Shown piece after piece: positions 39,396 to 57,580 of a DNA stretch of 64,000 bases (positions are counted from its first letter, which is position 1; each line of letters opens with the position of its first letter). Both the position numbers and the translations under genes were made by a program. Source of the DNA: the human T2T-CHM13v2.0 reference genome, Homo sapiens; assembly GCF_009914755.1 (NCBI RefSeq), contig NC_060935.1; one strand, 5' to 3'. Under the pieces are notes generated by a model that saw only the letters and a list, made by a program, of their open reading frames with translations, was not told the origin of the DNA and did not search any database.

Positions 39396-40140
39396 GCAAG
39401 CAAATCACATAAGAGTACATAAATATTTTTAAAGCAGATCCAAGAAATATATGTGTGTGGTAAAAATACATTATCCAGTAAGAGAATGATAAATAAATGA
39501 GGAACTCATGTTACCACTTGGTGGAGGAAGGCAGATAAGAAAATGGAGATATACATGTCTAGATGCAAGTTATTTATAATGGGTTAGTTTGAGGAATAAT
39601 AATTTCAACACTACTCATTATAATATTTAAAATAATTATGTGAATATATATTTAATACATAAACATTTGAAAATCTAAACATAAAAATAAAAAGATAAAT
39701 GCAAAATTTAATTATGATACTGCATTATTACCAAAGGATAACTGAGTTCTGTGTATCTGATCCCCTGTCAAAAAGAAACAACAGGCAAAAAAAAAAAAAC
39801 ACAATAAAAGTATGTTTTGATCACCAAGGTTGAAGCTACTGTGAAAGCAAAAGTCTACACCTTGTATTAGTTTTTCTACTCTTCGTTGTTGAAATACTTA
39901 AGGCAATAATAAATGACTTGCATGTTGAACATCAGTAAAAACATGGCAGCTAAGTTTCCGCAACTAATATTTAAAGCAGCACAAATGGCCAAGGCTTTGT
40001 GTTTGCACTTCTGTGTAGGTCATCTCTTCTATGAGCATACTCTGCAGAATGGCCAAGATTAAGAGTGAATTATTGTTTTGGCTTTTAATTTTCACTTTTT
40101 ATTTATTTTACAAGAGTGAATTACACAATTTGACAACTTG

Positions 40141-40520
40141 TATTTTTATTTTTTTAATTTTTTAATTAATACATAATCATACATATTTATGGGGTACATA
40201 TGTTATTCTGATAGCTGCATACAATGTGTAATGATCAAACCAGAGTATTTTGATATGTATTGTCTCAAATACCTATCATTTCTTTGTAAGGGAACATTTC
40301 AAATCTTTTCTTCTAACTATTATGAAATATACAATATATTGTTAACTATAATCAGTCTACTCTGCTATCGAAAGCTATGACTTATTCTTTCTTTGTAAAT
40401 ATATGTTTGTACCCATTAACTAACCTCTCTTTATCCCCTCTCCAACCTTCCCAGGCACTGGTAACTACAATTCTATTATCTACCTCCATGAGATCAACTT
40501 TTTCTGCTCACCCATATGAA
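40141..40520 (-). mobile_element. L1MA4/5-type 3' end
   Basis: CATATTTATGGGGTACAT...ACAATGTGTAATGATCAAA...TACCTCCATGAGATCAACTTTTT. Confidence 0.85.
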
Positions 40521-41529
40521 AAAAAATATAAAAAATATGTTTATTAGTCAGAGTGTGCTCTCTTTAATCCTGGCTGTCTGAACACCATGCATCTCCACGC
40601 ATTCTGCACAAATAATTTTAGACACTGGTAAGTCATAATTATACTCTTAGATCTCAAGCTTGTTGAGGATGTCATTGCTTTTGACATGTAAAAAGAGTAA
40701 TGGCACCAGGGAAGATTATAGAAACATAAAAGTAGATGCTTTGTGTTGCTTCTATCTATTTGTGACAAATCCTGGCTAGTAAATAACATGAAAAAAGATG
40801 AATTTCCAAATAGATAATGACAACTTGATCAAAGGAAGAAAAAAAATGAGTCATACACAACAGGTTTAATCAGGTTAATTAGAATCTGGGTTGCATTTTG
40901 GACCTGGGAATACTTATCAACAGGCTGTCATTGGAAGGATTATCTTCATTTAGTCTAAGGAGCATGGCAGGTGTGTAGCATTTGGATATAATGTCTCGCA
41001 CTAGCTCTCTGGGAAGAAGCTCTCTCACAGAGTTGCAATTTAGCAGGCTGCCTCAACATAAACTGAACAATTCCTGGTGCTCTCGCTGTTATAATGTCTG
41101 GAAGCATCATTGACTGGTGGAAATGTTCATGGGGTTACAAAGGAAGGAAGAGAGGAGGGGATAGAAAAACAAAGAGAAAACGGGAAAAATAATGGTAAGG
41201 AGGACATGTAGAGGAGGAGAATGAGAGAGCAAAGGAGGGGAGTTAGAAGAGGAAGGAGAAGTGGCCAAAAGAAGACAAGAAAGATATTGTGGAAGAACTT
41301 CAAGCATCCAGAATCACAACAAATTTATAAATACACAGCAAATGACTTTCAAATAAAACACTAACCTCACTTTGGGGAATGCAATCTGGTAAGACAGTTT
41401 TCTCTTGATTTATCTTTTATTTAAAATGGTCCCTCGGTTTCTTTTTCTTTCTTCGTCCTCCTCTTCCTTTACTCAGTTCTCCAATCCTCCTCCTTCTTCA
41501 TCTTAATACATGCACTATTAGAAATGTCA

Positions 41530-41834
<305 letters not shown>

Positions 41835-42525
41835 TCAGTGAATCCAAAACACTTCCTTAAGCTGCAAGAAGTACACATTTTAACTCAGCCATAAACAAAT
41901 GACAGGGAAATTGAATGACATGATATTACTAATTTCTTTGCAAATATCATACATTCCTTGAAGGATAGAAGCTGGTTCAATGGCTTGTATCTGCCTCACC
42001 TGAGGAGGCATTAGTGGTTGTAAGGATAACAAGAGAGGCATGTGACATGTAATTAGAAAAAAGTAACCAAAAAATTTCAGTTGCATTGAGCACAAAGGAA
42101 GAAACAAAAAACTGTTTTTGCCTTCATAGGCACTAAAGGTATTTTTTAATTGCTGTGTATTTATGATATAGTTTGTTCATTTCTATTTTTTATTTGGTTA
42201 GACATTTAAATGCTCATCCTATTCCACTAATACAAAACACACTCAACATACACACATGCATATATGCAATCCTGCTAGATAAGAGGGGACATGGAGAAAA
42301 GTTTTATTTCTTACTTATCTTCTAGTTTTCTATTTACTAGAACATAATAGATTATATGCACATATTAGATTCCAAAAATTAGACGTATAAACCTTAAAAA
42401 CCTGTATACCTCCAAAATAACTTAGTTTACTATAAAATTAATATTTTGGACTAAAATGTAAAATCTTAGACAATAATATTGTCTGAAAGAGACAATAGAT
42501 GCCTACTTTTAATTAAAAGTCAATT

Positions 42526-43053
42526 TTTCAGCAATCTCATTACTGGGTATATACCCAAAGGAATATAAATCGTTCTATTACAAAGCTACTTGCACACATA
42601 TGTTCACTGCAGCACTATTCACAATAGCAAAGACATGAAATCAACCCAAATGCCCGTCAATGGTAAACTGTATAAAGAAAATGTGGTATATATACACCAT
42701 GGAATACTATGCAGCCATAAAAAGGAATGAGATCACGTCCCTTGCAGGGACATGGGCGAAGCTGGAAGCCATTATTCTCAGCAAACTAATGCAGGAACAG
42801 AAAAGCAGATACCACATGCTTTCACTTAGAAGCTGAAGGATGAGAACACATGGACACAGGGAGGGGAACAACACACACTGGGGCCTGTTGGGGAGGGCAG
42901 GGTGGGGAAGAACACTGGGGAAAAGACCTAATGCATGCCGGTCTTAATACCTAGATGATGGGTTGATAGATGCAGCAAACCACCATGGCACATGTTTACT
43001 TATGTAACAATCCTGCACATCCTGCACATGTATGCTGGAACATTGAAGAAAAA
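42526..43053 (+). mobile_element. 5'-truncated L1PA10-13-type element
   Basis: GGGTATATACCCAAAGGAATATAAATC...GCAGCAAACCACCATGGCACATG; TSD AAAAGTCAATT at 42515-42525 and 43050-43060. Confidence 0.92.
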
Positions 43054-43904
43054 GTCAATTGCTATAAAATAATACAAATTGTTCTATTACTATTCATCTA
43101 GCACTGCAAGTCTTTTGACAAAACTTCAAGCACCTCTCCTTCCTTTCCAGTTCTCTGATTTATGAAGACATTCTCTCTCAATAATTAAAAAATGTTTTAA
43201 GTATTATTTTCTGATATTGATAATTTTATTTCAAATATGATACTTAAAATATATTTATTGATTTTAAAAAATTATATTTTTTACTTTACTAACTTTTTAT
43301 AATTTAGTTCTTCTATTAATACTTTCATATTTATATCTATACCCTCAATCATTCCCATATGCTAATATTACACATTAATATTTTGTTACAAAATTCAGTA
43401 ATTTTTAAAATTATAGAATGTATTAAGTATTGTGTTATATTTATTAAAGCAAGCATTTACAAGTGAGCTGCATAATACATTCTGAGTATGTCATTTGCTT
43501 AAGTCTCCACTTATTTAATATTTTACTTTTGTTATTCTCACATTTTTTTTAGATTTCATCAGCAAATTGTCTCTAAACTCTTCACTACATCTCTAAACAG
43601 TTTCATATTGTGATCATAACATTTAATAGATTGCTTCCTATTTATTTCATTGATACCATTCCTCATACAGCTGACAATCCTCCTGCTTCAATCTCAACAT
43701 TCAGCCAAAGAGATAAGAAAAGGTATGACACAGAAAAAATGGAAACATAATTTTAGAATAAAAGGAATCATCAGAGGATACAAAGCACCTCATTCAAGAC
43801 AGAAACAAAGTACTCAGTAGAAAAGTTGGAAGTTAGGTAAGTTATCCTAAAAGATAAAGAGAAACACTAAATGAAAAATAGTAAGTAAAAGATGAGCACC
43901 TTCC

Positions 43905-44340
43905 TTAGTTAATGTATTAAACAACTTGCTGGTATACCACGGCAAGCAGGCACCCCAGAAACCAACAGAATGGATTCAAAGAAGCCCTCATTGTAATAAA
44001 ATATAGCTTGAAATATGTCACGCCTTCAGACATCTGATGATTTTCTTTTTACATATAGAACCAAAGTTCTCATTGAGTTTGCAATTTACTTTGGAAAATA
44101 GACAAGTTATCAAACTGTGTGAAGCGCTATGATAGGTGAGTAAACAGAGTGCTTTCAAGGGGTAAATTGTTTTTTTAAAAAAAGAGCTATCCTCAGCCCG
44201 AGAGTGTGGGTGGACATGGATAGAGAAATCGAGTGAAGCTTCCTGATTGGGCTGACCCCCTGTGTTAAAATCTGAAAGAATGAACAGGAGTTCGTCTGAT
44301 GGAACAAAGTGGGAGAAAGCTTTTCTAGGTATCAATGTTT
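43905..44340 (-). mobile_element. L2 fragment
   Basis: GAAGCTTCCTGA...CTGAAAGAATGAACAGGAGTT...TTCTAGG resembles the L2 antisense body. Confidence 0.55.
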
Positions 44341-45966
44341 CCATCATGACTCCTGCACGTCTCGCTGAGTTGCAGTTGTGGATTAAGGGCATTGGATGCA
44401 TTGTGGAAACATGCTGAAAAATCAGTGGGGCTCATGACAAGTTTGGACAATATAAACTGTCACATAATTGATGAAAATCGTTCATTTGATGAATTTGACC
44501 AGATCAAGCAACGTGTGACTAATGTGATGCCAGAAGTGTGCAGGAAAATAAGACATCCTCTCTGGGAAAGGGGAGGAAAATGACTTTCCATCATTTTCGG
44601 AAATATGACATGCCTTCTCAAGTCACTGAATTCTCATTATCCACCTGACAATCTTCCAGCACTAATGCACCTGTTGGAATAATGTGGATGGGGACTTGTT
44701 CTAAGCACAAAAGAGACTGTCACTTTTCAGAGAGCGCTAAACAAATGGTCTGAAGCTATTAGAGAATGTTCTGCCTTTCTATATAAATACTTTCCAGAGA
44801 GATAATGCAGTTTCACAAAATGACGACACAACAGAGGGTCTTAAATGTTTTATTTACAATAATATGAGGCAAATACCGTTATTTTAGAAAGTTTCACGGA
44901 GACAGCAATATCTTAATTCTTTGCCTAAGTGTTTAAGACTTGTGAAATAATGGCATAGAAAGCTCAATCGTAAACTGGAAAATCTTTCATGATTGTTCCA
45001 TCCGTTCCCTACATGTTTGCACCTAAACATTGAATTTGCAAGAATCTCAGATATGACATTTAATGAAGGACTCAAAATTGGACTAAGAAGTGGAAAAATT
45101 ATGTTAATTACCATTGCTGATCAAGTCTAATTTTGAAGAGATGAATATACCTGATAAAACAAAAAGATGCAGTTTCTGATATGCAGAGAGGTTAAGAAAT
45201 GTGATCAAAAATAAACAAAAGGAATTCCTATGTCAAAAATATTCAGTTTCAATACAAAGAGTGCACATAGGAAAGCATTGCAACTAGGAACAAAATGCAA
45301 AGCTATTAAAGTAACAGGTTGAAAAATAAATACAAGATATGCACCCAAACCTGCCATTATCAGAAGCAACATAAGCGGTCAGATAGCTAGAAGCAAAAAG
45401 GTAAGAAAATTACATATCCATAAAATGAGATTTCAAGTGCATTTTGAAATCACAATGGAGTACCCTCAATCAATAATAATATCAAATTTTAAGAAAGGCC
45501 CCAAATGAGCAATTTTATAATTGTAGCATAAGTAATATCATTATTTCAATAGTCTTTGCCAAATCAGAACAGGTAACATTTCCTCATAGCAGAACCTAGG
45601 GCACATAAAAAAGTTTTAAAGTATATAATTTGCAACAAGATACAAATACTATGGACAGTTGAAATAATATTCCATGTTGCAAGACTTAGGAAATAGTAAA
45701 AGAACAGCACCCTCAGGATTTGAATGCTAATTTTAACCAAACAGTAAGAAAATGAAATATATAAGAATACAAACTTACAAATACTATCCTAGCATAGCTT
45801 TCTTCTTCTTTTTCAAAAAAAAGGAACTTCTCTTAAAGGTACTCTTGGATACCTTTGAATAGCAGATTACTTAATATATTTTTTATTTATTTCTAGATAT
45901 TTTATGATTGGTAGAAAGAATTGAGAATGAATTAATATTTCGAGTGTCTTTCACATGCCAGTAATT

Positions 45967-46451
45967 CTTTTTCTTTTTTTTTATTATACTTTAAAGTTTT
46001 AGGGTACATGTGCAAAACGTGCAGTTTTGTTACATATATACACATGTGCCATGTTGGTGTGCTGCACCCATTAACTGGTCATTTAACATTAGGTATATCT
46101 CCTAATGCTATCCCTCCCTGCTCCCCCAACCCCACAATAGGCCCCAGTGTGTGATGTTCCCCTTCCTGTGTCCATGTGTTCTCATTGTTCAATTCCCACC
46201 TATGAATGAGAACATGTGGTGTTTGGTTTTTTGTCTTTGTGATAGTTTGCCGAGAATGATGGTTTCCAGCTTCATCCATGTCCCTACAAAGTACATGAAC
46301 TCATCCTTTTTTATGGCTGTATAGTATTCCATGGTGCATATGTGCCACATTTTCTTATGTTTATTGCGGCACTATTCACAATAGCAAAGACTTGGAACCA
46401 ACCCAAATGTCCAACAATGATAGACTGGATTAAGAAAATGTGGCACATATA
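45967..46451 (-). mobile_element. L1PA4-6-type element, 5'-truncated and 5'-inverted
   Basis: Poly-T then TTATTATACTTTAA, antisense to ~46357, then a sense segment to 46451. TSD CACATGCCAGTAATT at 45952-45966 and 46452-46466. Confidence 0.95.
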
Positions 46452-46599
46452 CACATGCCAGTAATTTTTATGCACATTATATTATTTATTCCATATAACA
46501 TTTGAGGAGGTAATCATCATTGTCTTCACTGTGTATGTAAGAATCTGAGACACAGATTGCTTAATGAATAAAGGTCAGTGATAAAAAGGGTGCTGTAGG

Positions 46600-46790
46600 T
46601 TTAAAAGGCCTGTGTTTTATTTTGACTCTGCCACTTTCTAGCTGCTTAACTTTGTTCAAATTACTTAATGTTTTTCTGTGACCAAGTCTTTTTCAGAAAC
46701 AATAGCACCTACCTTTTAATGTTGTTAGGGTAAATTTAGTTTCTGTAAACTACCTGGGACAATGCGAGGCAGCAGTTCTCAATAAACACT
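46600..46790 (+). mobile_element. MIR, flanked by antisense MIR pieces
   Basis: GACTCTGCCACTTTCTAGCTG...AAATTACTTAA...TTCTCAATAAA. Confidence 0.6.
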
Positions 46791-47639
46791 GCCTAGTTCT
46801 TAACTTTCCATAATGTTTCACATCTTGTGAATACCAAGCTGAAAGTCAAACCCAAAATCTATCTAACACTGAAGTCTGTTTTCTTTCTTTCTTGTCATGC
46901 TCCTGCCCTCTGCAGGGAAGCAAACAGGAGGTGAAGTTAGGAGGTCATCAAAGGAGCGCGAATACCAACAGAATCATAAACATTATTGTGTATTTGTGTG
47001 GTGGATGGGTAAGCCCAGAAAAGAAATAAAAATAACTGAATATCTGTGAAATTACATTCAATTCAAAATTCGTGGAATAAACCTGTTTTACTTCCTAAAA
47101 TTTGAATGTGGGACAGACATTTTAGCTCAGCCCTTTAAAGATGGGTTCATTATTGTCTTTCAAAGATACACTAAACCATACCAATTTCCTGTGCCATTTC
47201 AGGTAACAGGCTGAGAAATGTGTGAGCTTCTCAGTTGTCCTTGAGTAGGCCTTGTAGATTTCCCAGTGTTCAGAATGCCAGGATTAAGGTTCCTGCCCTT
47301 ATATGTCCATAGAATCTCACCGTAACTCTACTATACCCTTGCTGAATTGAAGTGTCATATAAAACTGAACTTTAGCCTAGTTTCCTTGCTGTATTTCACT
47401 GTCTACTCTGGGGGCGGGGGGAAATTCTACCCAAATTTCATTTTAGTAGGGTAAAGAGGGTGAGTATGAGGGCTGAAATCTTCATATCATGCTAAGCCTT
47501 CTCCTGAAATGTCACCTGCAGTTCCACCCAAACCGCTTAGCTTACTTAGAGTACAAAGTGAATAGGCAGGTAGTTGGCTAATTTTCCATATTCCTCCGCA
47601 ATCCAGATTTTCACTCCTCTGTCTCATCTGTCATATTAA

Positions 47640-47986
<347 letters not shown>

Positions 47987-48214
47987 AACTTCATCCAATT
48001 TCTTATGTCCGTTTTGATAATCAAGTAATGGAATGTCCATATGCCAGCTGAGATCCTTTCTCTACACTCTCATCCATTTTTACTGTCTTTGTAGTGTCCT
48101 GTCCCCGTAAGATGAGTTCTAGTCATAAGATCTCAAAGTTATGACTAAATTATCTTTTTTTTTTTAGAGACCCAAGTAGAGCTTGAAGAAATACTTTTTT
48201 AAAGTATTTAATTA

Positions 48215-48574
<360 letters not shown>

Positions 48575-50984
48575 CTACAAATGTATCCATATATATTTTA
48601 ATGATAAGGGATATAAAATATCATTTTATAATTATTATGCTAGTTATTTGTTTTATGCATGGGTGTATGTATCTTTAATTTCAGCACCCTTTCCCATTAT
48701 ATCACTAGTATTAAAAGCTCTAATCAAAAAGCATAGGGTGCAATTTGAACAGAAAAGTTAATATTATATGTAAGCTGTATCCATGTAATCCATTTTATCA
48801 GCTGTCTCTGTGTTTCCTAATCTCTTCTGCTTCTTTTTATGACAAAATATTGTTATCACTGCAGACCTAAAAATTCACAGCAGACTGAGCAGAATCCTAG
48901 CCTGCCTCATACATTATCTAAATTATCAGTTAATGTTAAATTTTTCTGATTTTTTATAGGTAGCAGGAGGTGAAAATATGGAAGTTTTTGTTTATTTTTT
49001 CCCAGATTCCAAACTGAGGTTTTCAACATTGAGAAAACTGAAAAATAGCCATCTATTTCTAGTGTACTTGTCATCTACATAAATTGAACATAAGAGTCAA
49101 TGAGAGAAAATTAATTTATGATCTATGAAATTTATCATATCATAGTCTCTGACTTTAATAAAGCCCCTGACATTTTAAAGACATTTCTCGAAAAAGGAAA
49201 CTTATACAGATTTTGTTTAGAAAAAAAATGGGTACTGTTAAATGTGGTTACTAGGAGATGTAAGTTTTAATTATTGGACTCTTTTTCTTGAGTGTCATTT
49301 AAGGAGTAATACTGATAATCCCTGCCTCCAGATTAATTGTGGATATGGTCACAATAAAACCAATATTTTTCTCACATACTCTCCTGTGACAATGAGGAGT
49401 CTTATTATTTTAAACAACATTTAGAGGCACATAGTATTTTTAAGAAATACCTTGCCCTTAAAAAATAAAGTAAAAGGTACATTACATTTTCAGCTATGAA
49501 TTGGAAACAAGAAAGTGTGAATGATGTTTCTAAAAATGCTGATTTACCATGCCATTGAAGGCCTCCCACATACTATTTTCTCCAGTCTATGTATCCATCT
49601 TTATCCCCCCTGCTTTCCCTGATAAAGTTCTTTCTCTTAAAATGTTCTGTTTATTAACCACTAAATACGCATCTTGCTCTTCTAACTTTTTTTACTCTTG
49701 TGTCCCGGAATGCCTTGCTCCTTCCTCATTTCCAACTCTGATACTATTAGTTAGCCTGATTTCTCTACTCTGCTCCAAAGACAACCTTTGGAAAATATCA
49801 GGGATCCTTTTGTCCTGGAGCTATGGTCATCGCTTTCCTTAACGTCCACGAGATTCTTCTCCTGAACTTTTTTAGTGCACTTTTAATGCTTTCCACAAAC
49901 TGCCTCTCATAGCTTGTCATTGGAATTCATGTTATGGCTTCATAGTCTTAGAGTTTGTAGCCTCTTGCTCAATCTCATTAGATCAGAGGAAAATGAGGCC
50001 TGAAGAGGTCAACTTACCTGTTTACTTTCACATAGCTAGTTTGTGAGAAAGCTGAAAATGAAATCCTTCCATATGATTCATAGTCCATTTCTACTCTGAA
50101 AGATGCAATTTTGCTTTATCTATCTTGTGATGTCAGTTCAAATAAGTTATAATCTACCCTTTTTTCTTTCAGGTTCTCCACTGGGCCTTGCTCATTTATT
50201 GCACTTGTGCTAATTATTGATTCACTGAAATCTGTATATAGAATTTGTGTTGCAGCTATAAAGTCAACAGATATCCTAATTTTGAATATTGGTTTGGTAT
50301 ACTTACTGTATAACTAAGGTGACATATTCCAGGCCTACAAGGTACAAAGAAATGAGATTGCTTCACAATTCTATTTATATTTTGACCGGGTGTTCCCCTA
50401 AGACAATTGGGAGCTATAAAATAAATTGGACAATTATAGACATAATATGTTAAGTGAGTCTCTGGTTTCCTAAAACCTAGGGGATATTGTAGCACAAATT
50501 GTTCTATTTTCTAATATAAAAATATGAAATTATGAAAGGAGAATGTGTGAGCTTCTTATATTTTTGCTCAAATCTAATTGCATTACAAAATGAGCATCTA
50601 GCTATTGAAAGTAGGGTCTGCATACATATAGCCAGACGCTTTTTTCCACTTGGACTTTTCCATAATCACCTGATAATACATTATCCCTCTTTGCATGATC
50701 TGTGTCAGTAAGAAAGAACCAAACAATAAAATCTCCATATGATATATCTGTCTCTTTTTATGCTTTGAAAAATGCTACGTTTTACAACTTTAGGCGGTAA
50801 ATATTATTTTAGAGATATCAATGACTCATGCATGAAATGCTCTGTGCATGTACTAGTGGGCATGTGTATGGTAAAATACTATTAACTCTCTTAAATAAAA
50901 TAATTTTACTAAAGTTACTTACACATAATTTAAGTATGTCAGCTAACGTGTCATCTATTAATCAATGTAAACATCAATCAAAAA

Positions 50985-51289
50985 TTATTATTATTATTTT
51001 TTGAGACAGAGTACTGCTCTGTCGCCCAGGCTGTGGTGCAGTGGCGCAATCTCTAGATCTCGGCTCACTGCAACCTCTGCTTCCTGGGTTCAAGCTATTC
51101 TCCTGCCTCAGCCACCTGAGTAGCTGGGATTACAGGCGCGGACACCATGCCCAGCTAATTTTTGTATTTTGAGTAGAGACAGCGTTTCGCCGTGATGGTC
51201 AGGCTGGTCCCGAACTCATGACCTCGTGATCCACCCACCTCGGCCTCTCAAAGTGCTGGGATTACAGGCTTAAGCCACCACACTCAGCC
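50985..51289 (-). mobile_element. AluS
   Basis: Antisense dimer with a small internal insertion, CAATCTCTAGATCTCGG. Confidence 0.92.
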
Positions 51290-52034
51290 AAAAATAAAAT
51301 TTTAAGTGGGATAAACAGAAAAATTTTTTTTAATGGTCTATACTTCTCATTGTATAAACTTCTGTTAGTCAGCTAGCAAAAGGATTAAAAAATACTAAGC
51401 TTCACAAAACATATAATTATCAGGTTATTCTCTGGAATTACACAATTAATTGGGGGTACGGTGCTAGAAGTGAAAACATTTCTTTGAAAGTTTCGTAAAG
51501 CTAAGAATTTGAGAAAATGTAGGCAAATTGAGATGAACATTCATTTGACTAATATCTGTAGTCAATACCTTAGAACTTTCTACTGTGTTCTACTTGTATA
51601 ATCTATGTAACTGTTTATATTTTAACAATGTTACAAGGTCAATGTGAAAAGTTTTTTTTATTTATTATAGTTTTTAAAATTGTATTTTTCTCAGGAATTT
51701 TTCAATTATATGAAATAGTTACTTAATATGACAATCTGGCACTATTTGAAAATAACTAATTTGAATAATTTATCATTGCCTACTTTCACAGAATTTCACC
51801 TTATAGGAAATATAGTGTGTGTATGTGTTTTTTGGTGTATGTGTATATATATAGTAGTTGATATATACATATTTCTGTATAATAATTGATATAGATATAT
51901 AGATATATGGTGAATTCCCAATCTAGGGGAAGCTTTGGATGCAACATCTATCATAAAAGACACTGCAGTGGGATTATTTTTTTCATTAAAAACAAAAATA
52001 AGTCAGATCGATATCCAATATTTGTTTAATTATG

Positions 52035-52470
52035 TACATATTAGGACTGGATATGGCTGCAATTAACAAAGTATCTGATATCTGAGGAACCACAGTATGT
52101 CAATATGAAGTATTCCTTATCTAATCTTACAAAAAATTTAAAATAGAAGATTGCTTGTTCAGTCCCTCTCTGAACATTTCAACTTTGATCTAGTATTTGC
52201 TCTAGCGGCCACTGGATGTCTAGACATCACACATACTTCACTGTATGCAATGGCAGAAAGTAGTGGGAAATTCAGGGAAAAGGGGAAGAGAGTAAGTGGA
52301 GGGATGTAGAGATAGAGAATGAGAAAGTAAAAGAAAGAGCAAGAGAGATGTATTCTCTTTACATATTCTTTATTTTTTACACCCCCTCCCCACATTTTAT
52401 AGATTTTCCCTCACATCTCATTGGCCATAAGTGTACAATAGACACTCTAGGTACTAGAAGCAAGCTTTGA
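52035..52470 (-). mobile_element. Old LTR (LTR33/MLT1-like) remnant
   Basis: GGCTGCAATTAACA start, GACATCACA, and TTCCCTCACATCTCATTGGCCA motif. Confidence 0.45.
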
Positions 52471-53150
52471 TTTTACTTGCTTTTATTTTGTGAGGTGGTG
52501 AGAAACAAAAATTTGGGGAATGCTATTGCATACAAACCAAGGGTTTCTGCCAAATATTTTCAGAAGAGAGATATCTCAAATCATGTAACAATCTTGTGAA
52601 AGCTTTGCCTATTAGATAGTTCTTTCTTGTAACATCAATGTCTATGAATTTAGATATGCCCACCTACATCATATTCAGATTATTTTTAACATGCAATAAT
52701 GTTTTAAAGAAGCTTTCATAATTCAGTGTGAAAGTAAATATTTTTATCTGATTTCAAATTTTAGGTTTCATGAACTTATATTTTTCTTCTTCATTAAAAC
52801 ATTAAATTGACAAGTAACAACTGTATATTTATGATATATAACATGATGTTTTTATATATATGCATAATGGAATAGCCAAATCAAGTGATTTAGCATATAC
52901 ATCACTTCACATACTTATTATTTTGTGAGGAATACACTTGAAATCTACTCTCTTGGCTAAATTCAAGTATATGGTTTATTATTATTAACTATATTCACCA
53001 TGCTGTATAATAGATTTTTAGAAATTATGCTCCATAACTAAAAGTTTGTTCTTATTGATGAACATATTTCCATTTCCCCCAATGCTTAGTCTCTGAAATC
53101 ACAATTCTGCTCTCTGCTTCCATGAGTTAGACATTTTTCTATTCCACATA

Positions 53151-56038
<2,888 letters not shown>

Positions 56039-56322
56039 ACATATAAGTGAGCATTTGTCTTTCTGTCTATTCTGTACCTGGCTTATTTCACTTAGTATAA
56101 CAACCTCCAGATTCAGTCATGTTGTCACAAGTGATAGACTGTCCTTTCTTGTTAAAGCACAACAGTGTTCCGTTAGGTAGATACACCATATTTTCTTTAT
56201 CCATTCCTCTTTTAGTGAACCCTTAAATTGTTTCTGTGTCTTGGCTATTGCAAATAATGCTGCAATGAACATAGAGGTGCAGAAATCTCTTTCACATACT
56301 GATTTCATTTGCTTTGAATGTA

Positions 56323-56476
56323 CATATGCTCTATGACTTATGACAAAATTATATCTTAACACATCCATAGTAAATTGAAAAGATCACAATTTAAAAATAA
56401 ATTTAATACCCTGATAAGCCAAACATAAAGTAAACAAAAATCATAAATTAAATAATTTTAAGTGGGAAGCCATCCA
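56323..56476 (+). mobile_element. MER47-like (Tigger MITE) short copy
   Basis: CATATGCTCTATGACTTATGA...AAGTGGGAAGCCATCCA resembles CpG-decayed MER47 termini. Flanked by TA; L1 sequence is continuous across it. Confidence 0.65.
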
Positions 56477-57580
56477 TAGATCCAAAATTGAAATTGCTGG
56501 ATTATATGGTAGTTCTACTTTCAATTACTTAAAAAGCTTCCATATTGGTTTTCATAATGGTTGTGCTGATTTGTCTTTATACCCACAGTGTACAAGTGTT
56601 CCCTTTTCTTTGCAACCTAGCAAACTCTTGTCTTCTGTCTTTTTCATAAAAGCCATCTAAACAGGTATGAGATTTCATCATATTCTGGTTTTAACTTCCA
56701 TTTCTCTGATGATTAGTGATGTTGAGCATTTTTCTACAGACCTGTTGGCTATTTTTTCTCTCAACTTTTGGGAATGTCTTTTCAGTTCTATGGGATGTTT
56801 TTAAATAGAGTTAGTTGTTTTCTTGCTATTGAATTGTTTCAGTTCCTTATATTTTATGGATATTAACTCTTTATTAGTGTGTAGTCTGTAAATATTTTCT
56901 ACGATTCCATATATTGTCTTTTCATTCTGGTGATTGTTTTCTTTGTGGTGCAGACCTTTGTAGTTTTATATAATTCTATTTGGCTAATTTTGCTATTATG
57001 CTTGTGCTTTTGGAGCCACAAAAAATTTGATAAGGCAATTATCAAGAATAGTTTACTCTAGGTTTTCTTTGAGTAGTTTTATAGTTTCCATTCTTACAAT
57101 TAAGTATTTTATCCATTTTGAGTTGCTTTTTATATGGTGAGAGATAAAAGTCCAATTTCATTTTTCTGTATGTGTATATCCAATTTCCCCAACACCATTT
57201 ATCTAAGAGGCTTTTCTTTCCCCAGAATATGTTTTTGGCACCTTTGTCACAGATCAGTTGACCTTAGACATATGTATTTATTTCTGTACCCTCTACTCTG
57301 TTCCATTAGTGGATGTTTTTATGCCAATACATTTATTGTATTGATTATTATAGCTTTGTAATATACTTTGAAATCAGGTAGTGTGATGCTTTCAGCTTTG
57401 TTATTTTTAATCAATATTGCCTTGTTGTTCAGAGTGTTTTTATCATTTCATAAACATTTTAGAATTGCTTTTTCTATTTCTGTGACAAATATTGGAATTT
57501 TGATGGGGTCTAATCTGTAGATTACTTTTAGTTGTCTGAACATTTTAATAATACATATTATTGCAACCTATTAACATAAG

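Noticed and set aside
44018-44401. 127-aa ORF
   Set aside because: Overlaps an L2 remnant; no homology recognised.
50155-50180. Strong splice-acceptor-like tract TTTTTCTTTCAG (similar ones near 9500 and 63185)
   Set aside because: No convincing paired donor or coding frame; such motifs are common in AT-rich DNA.
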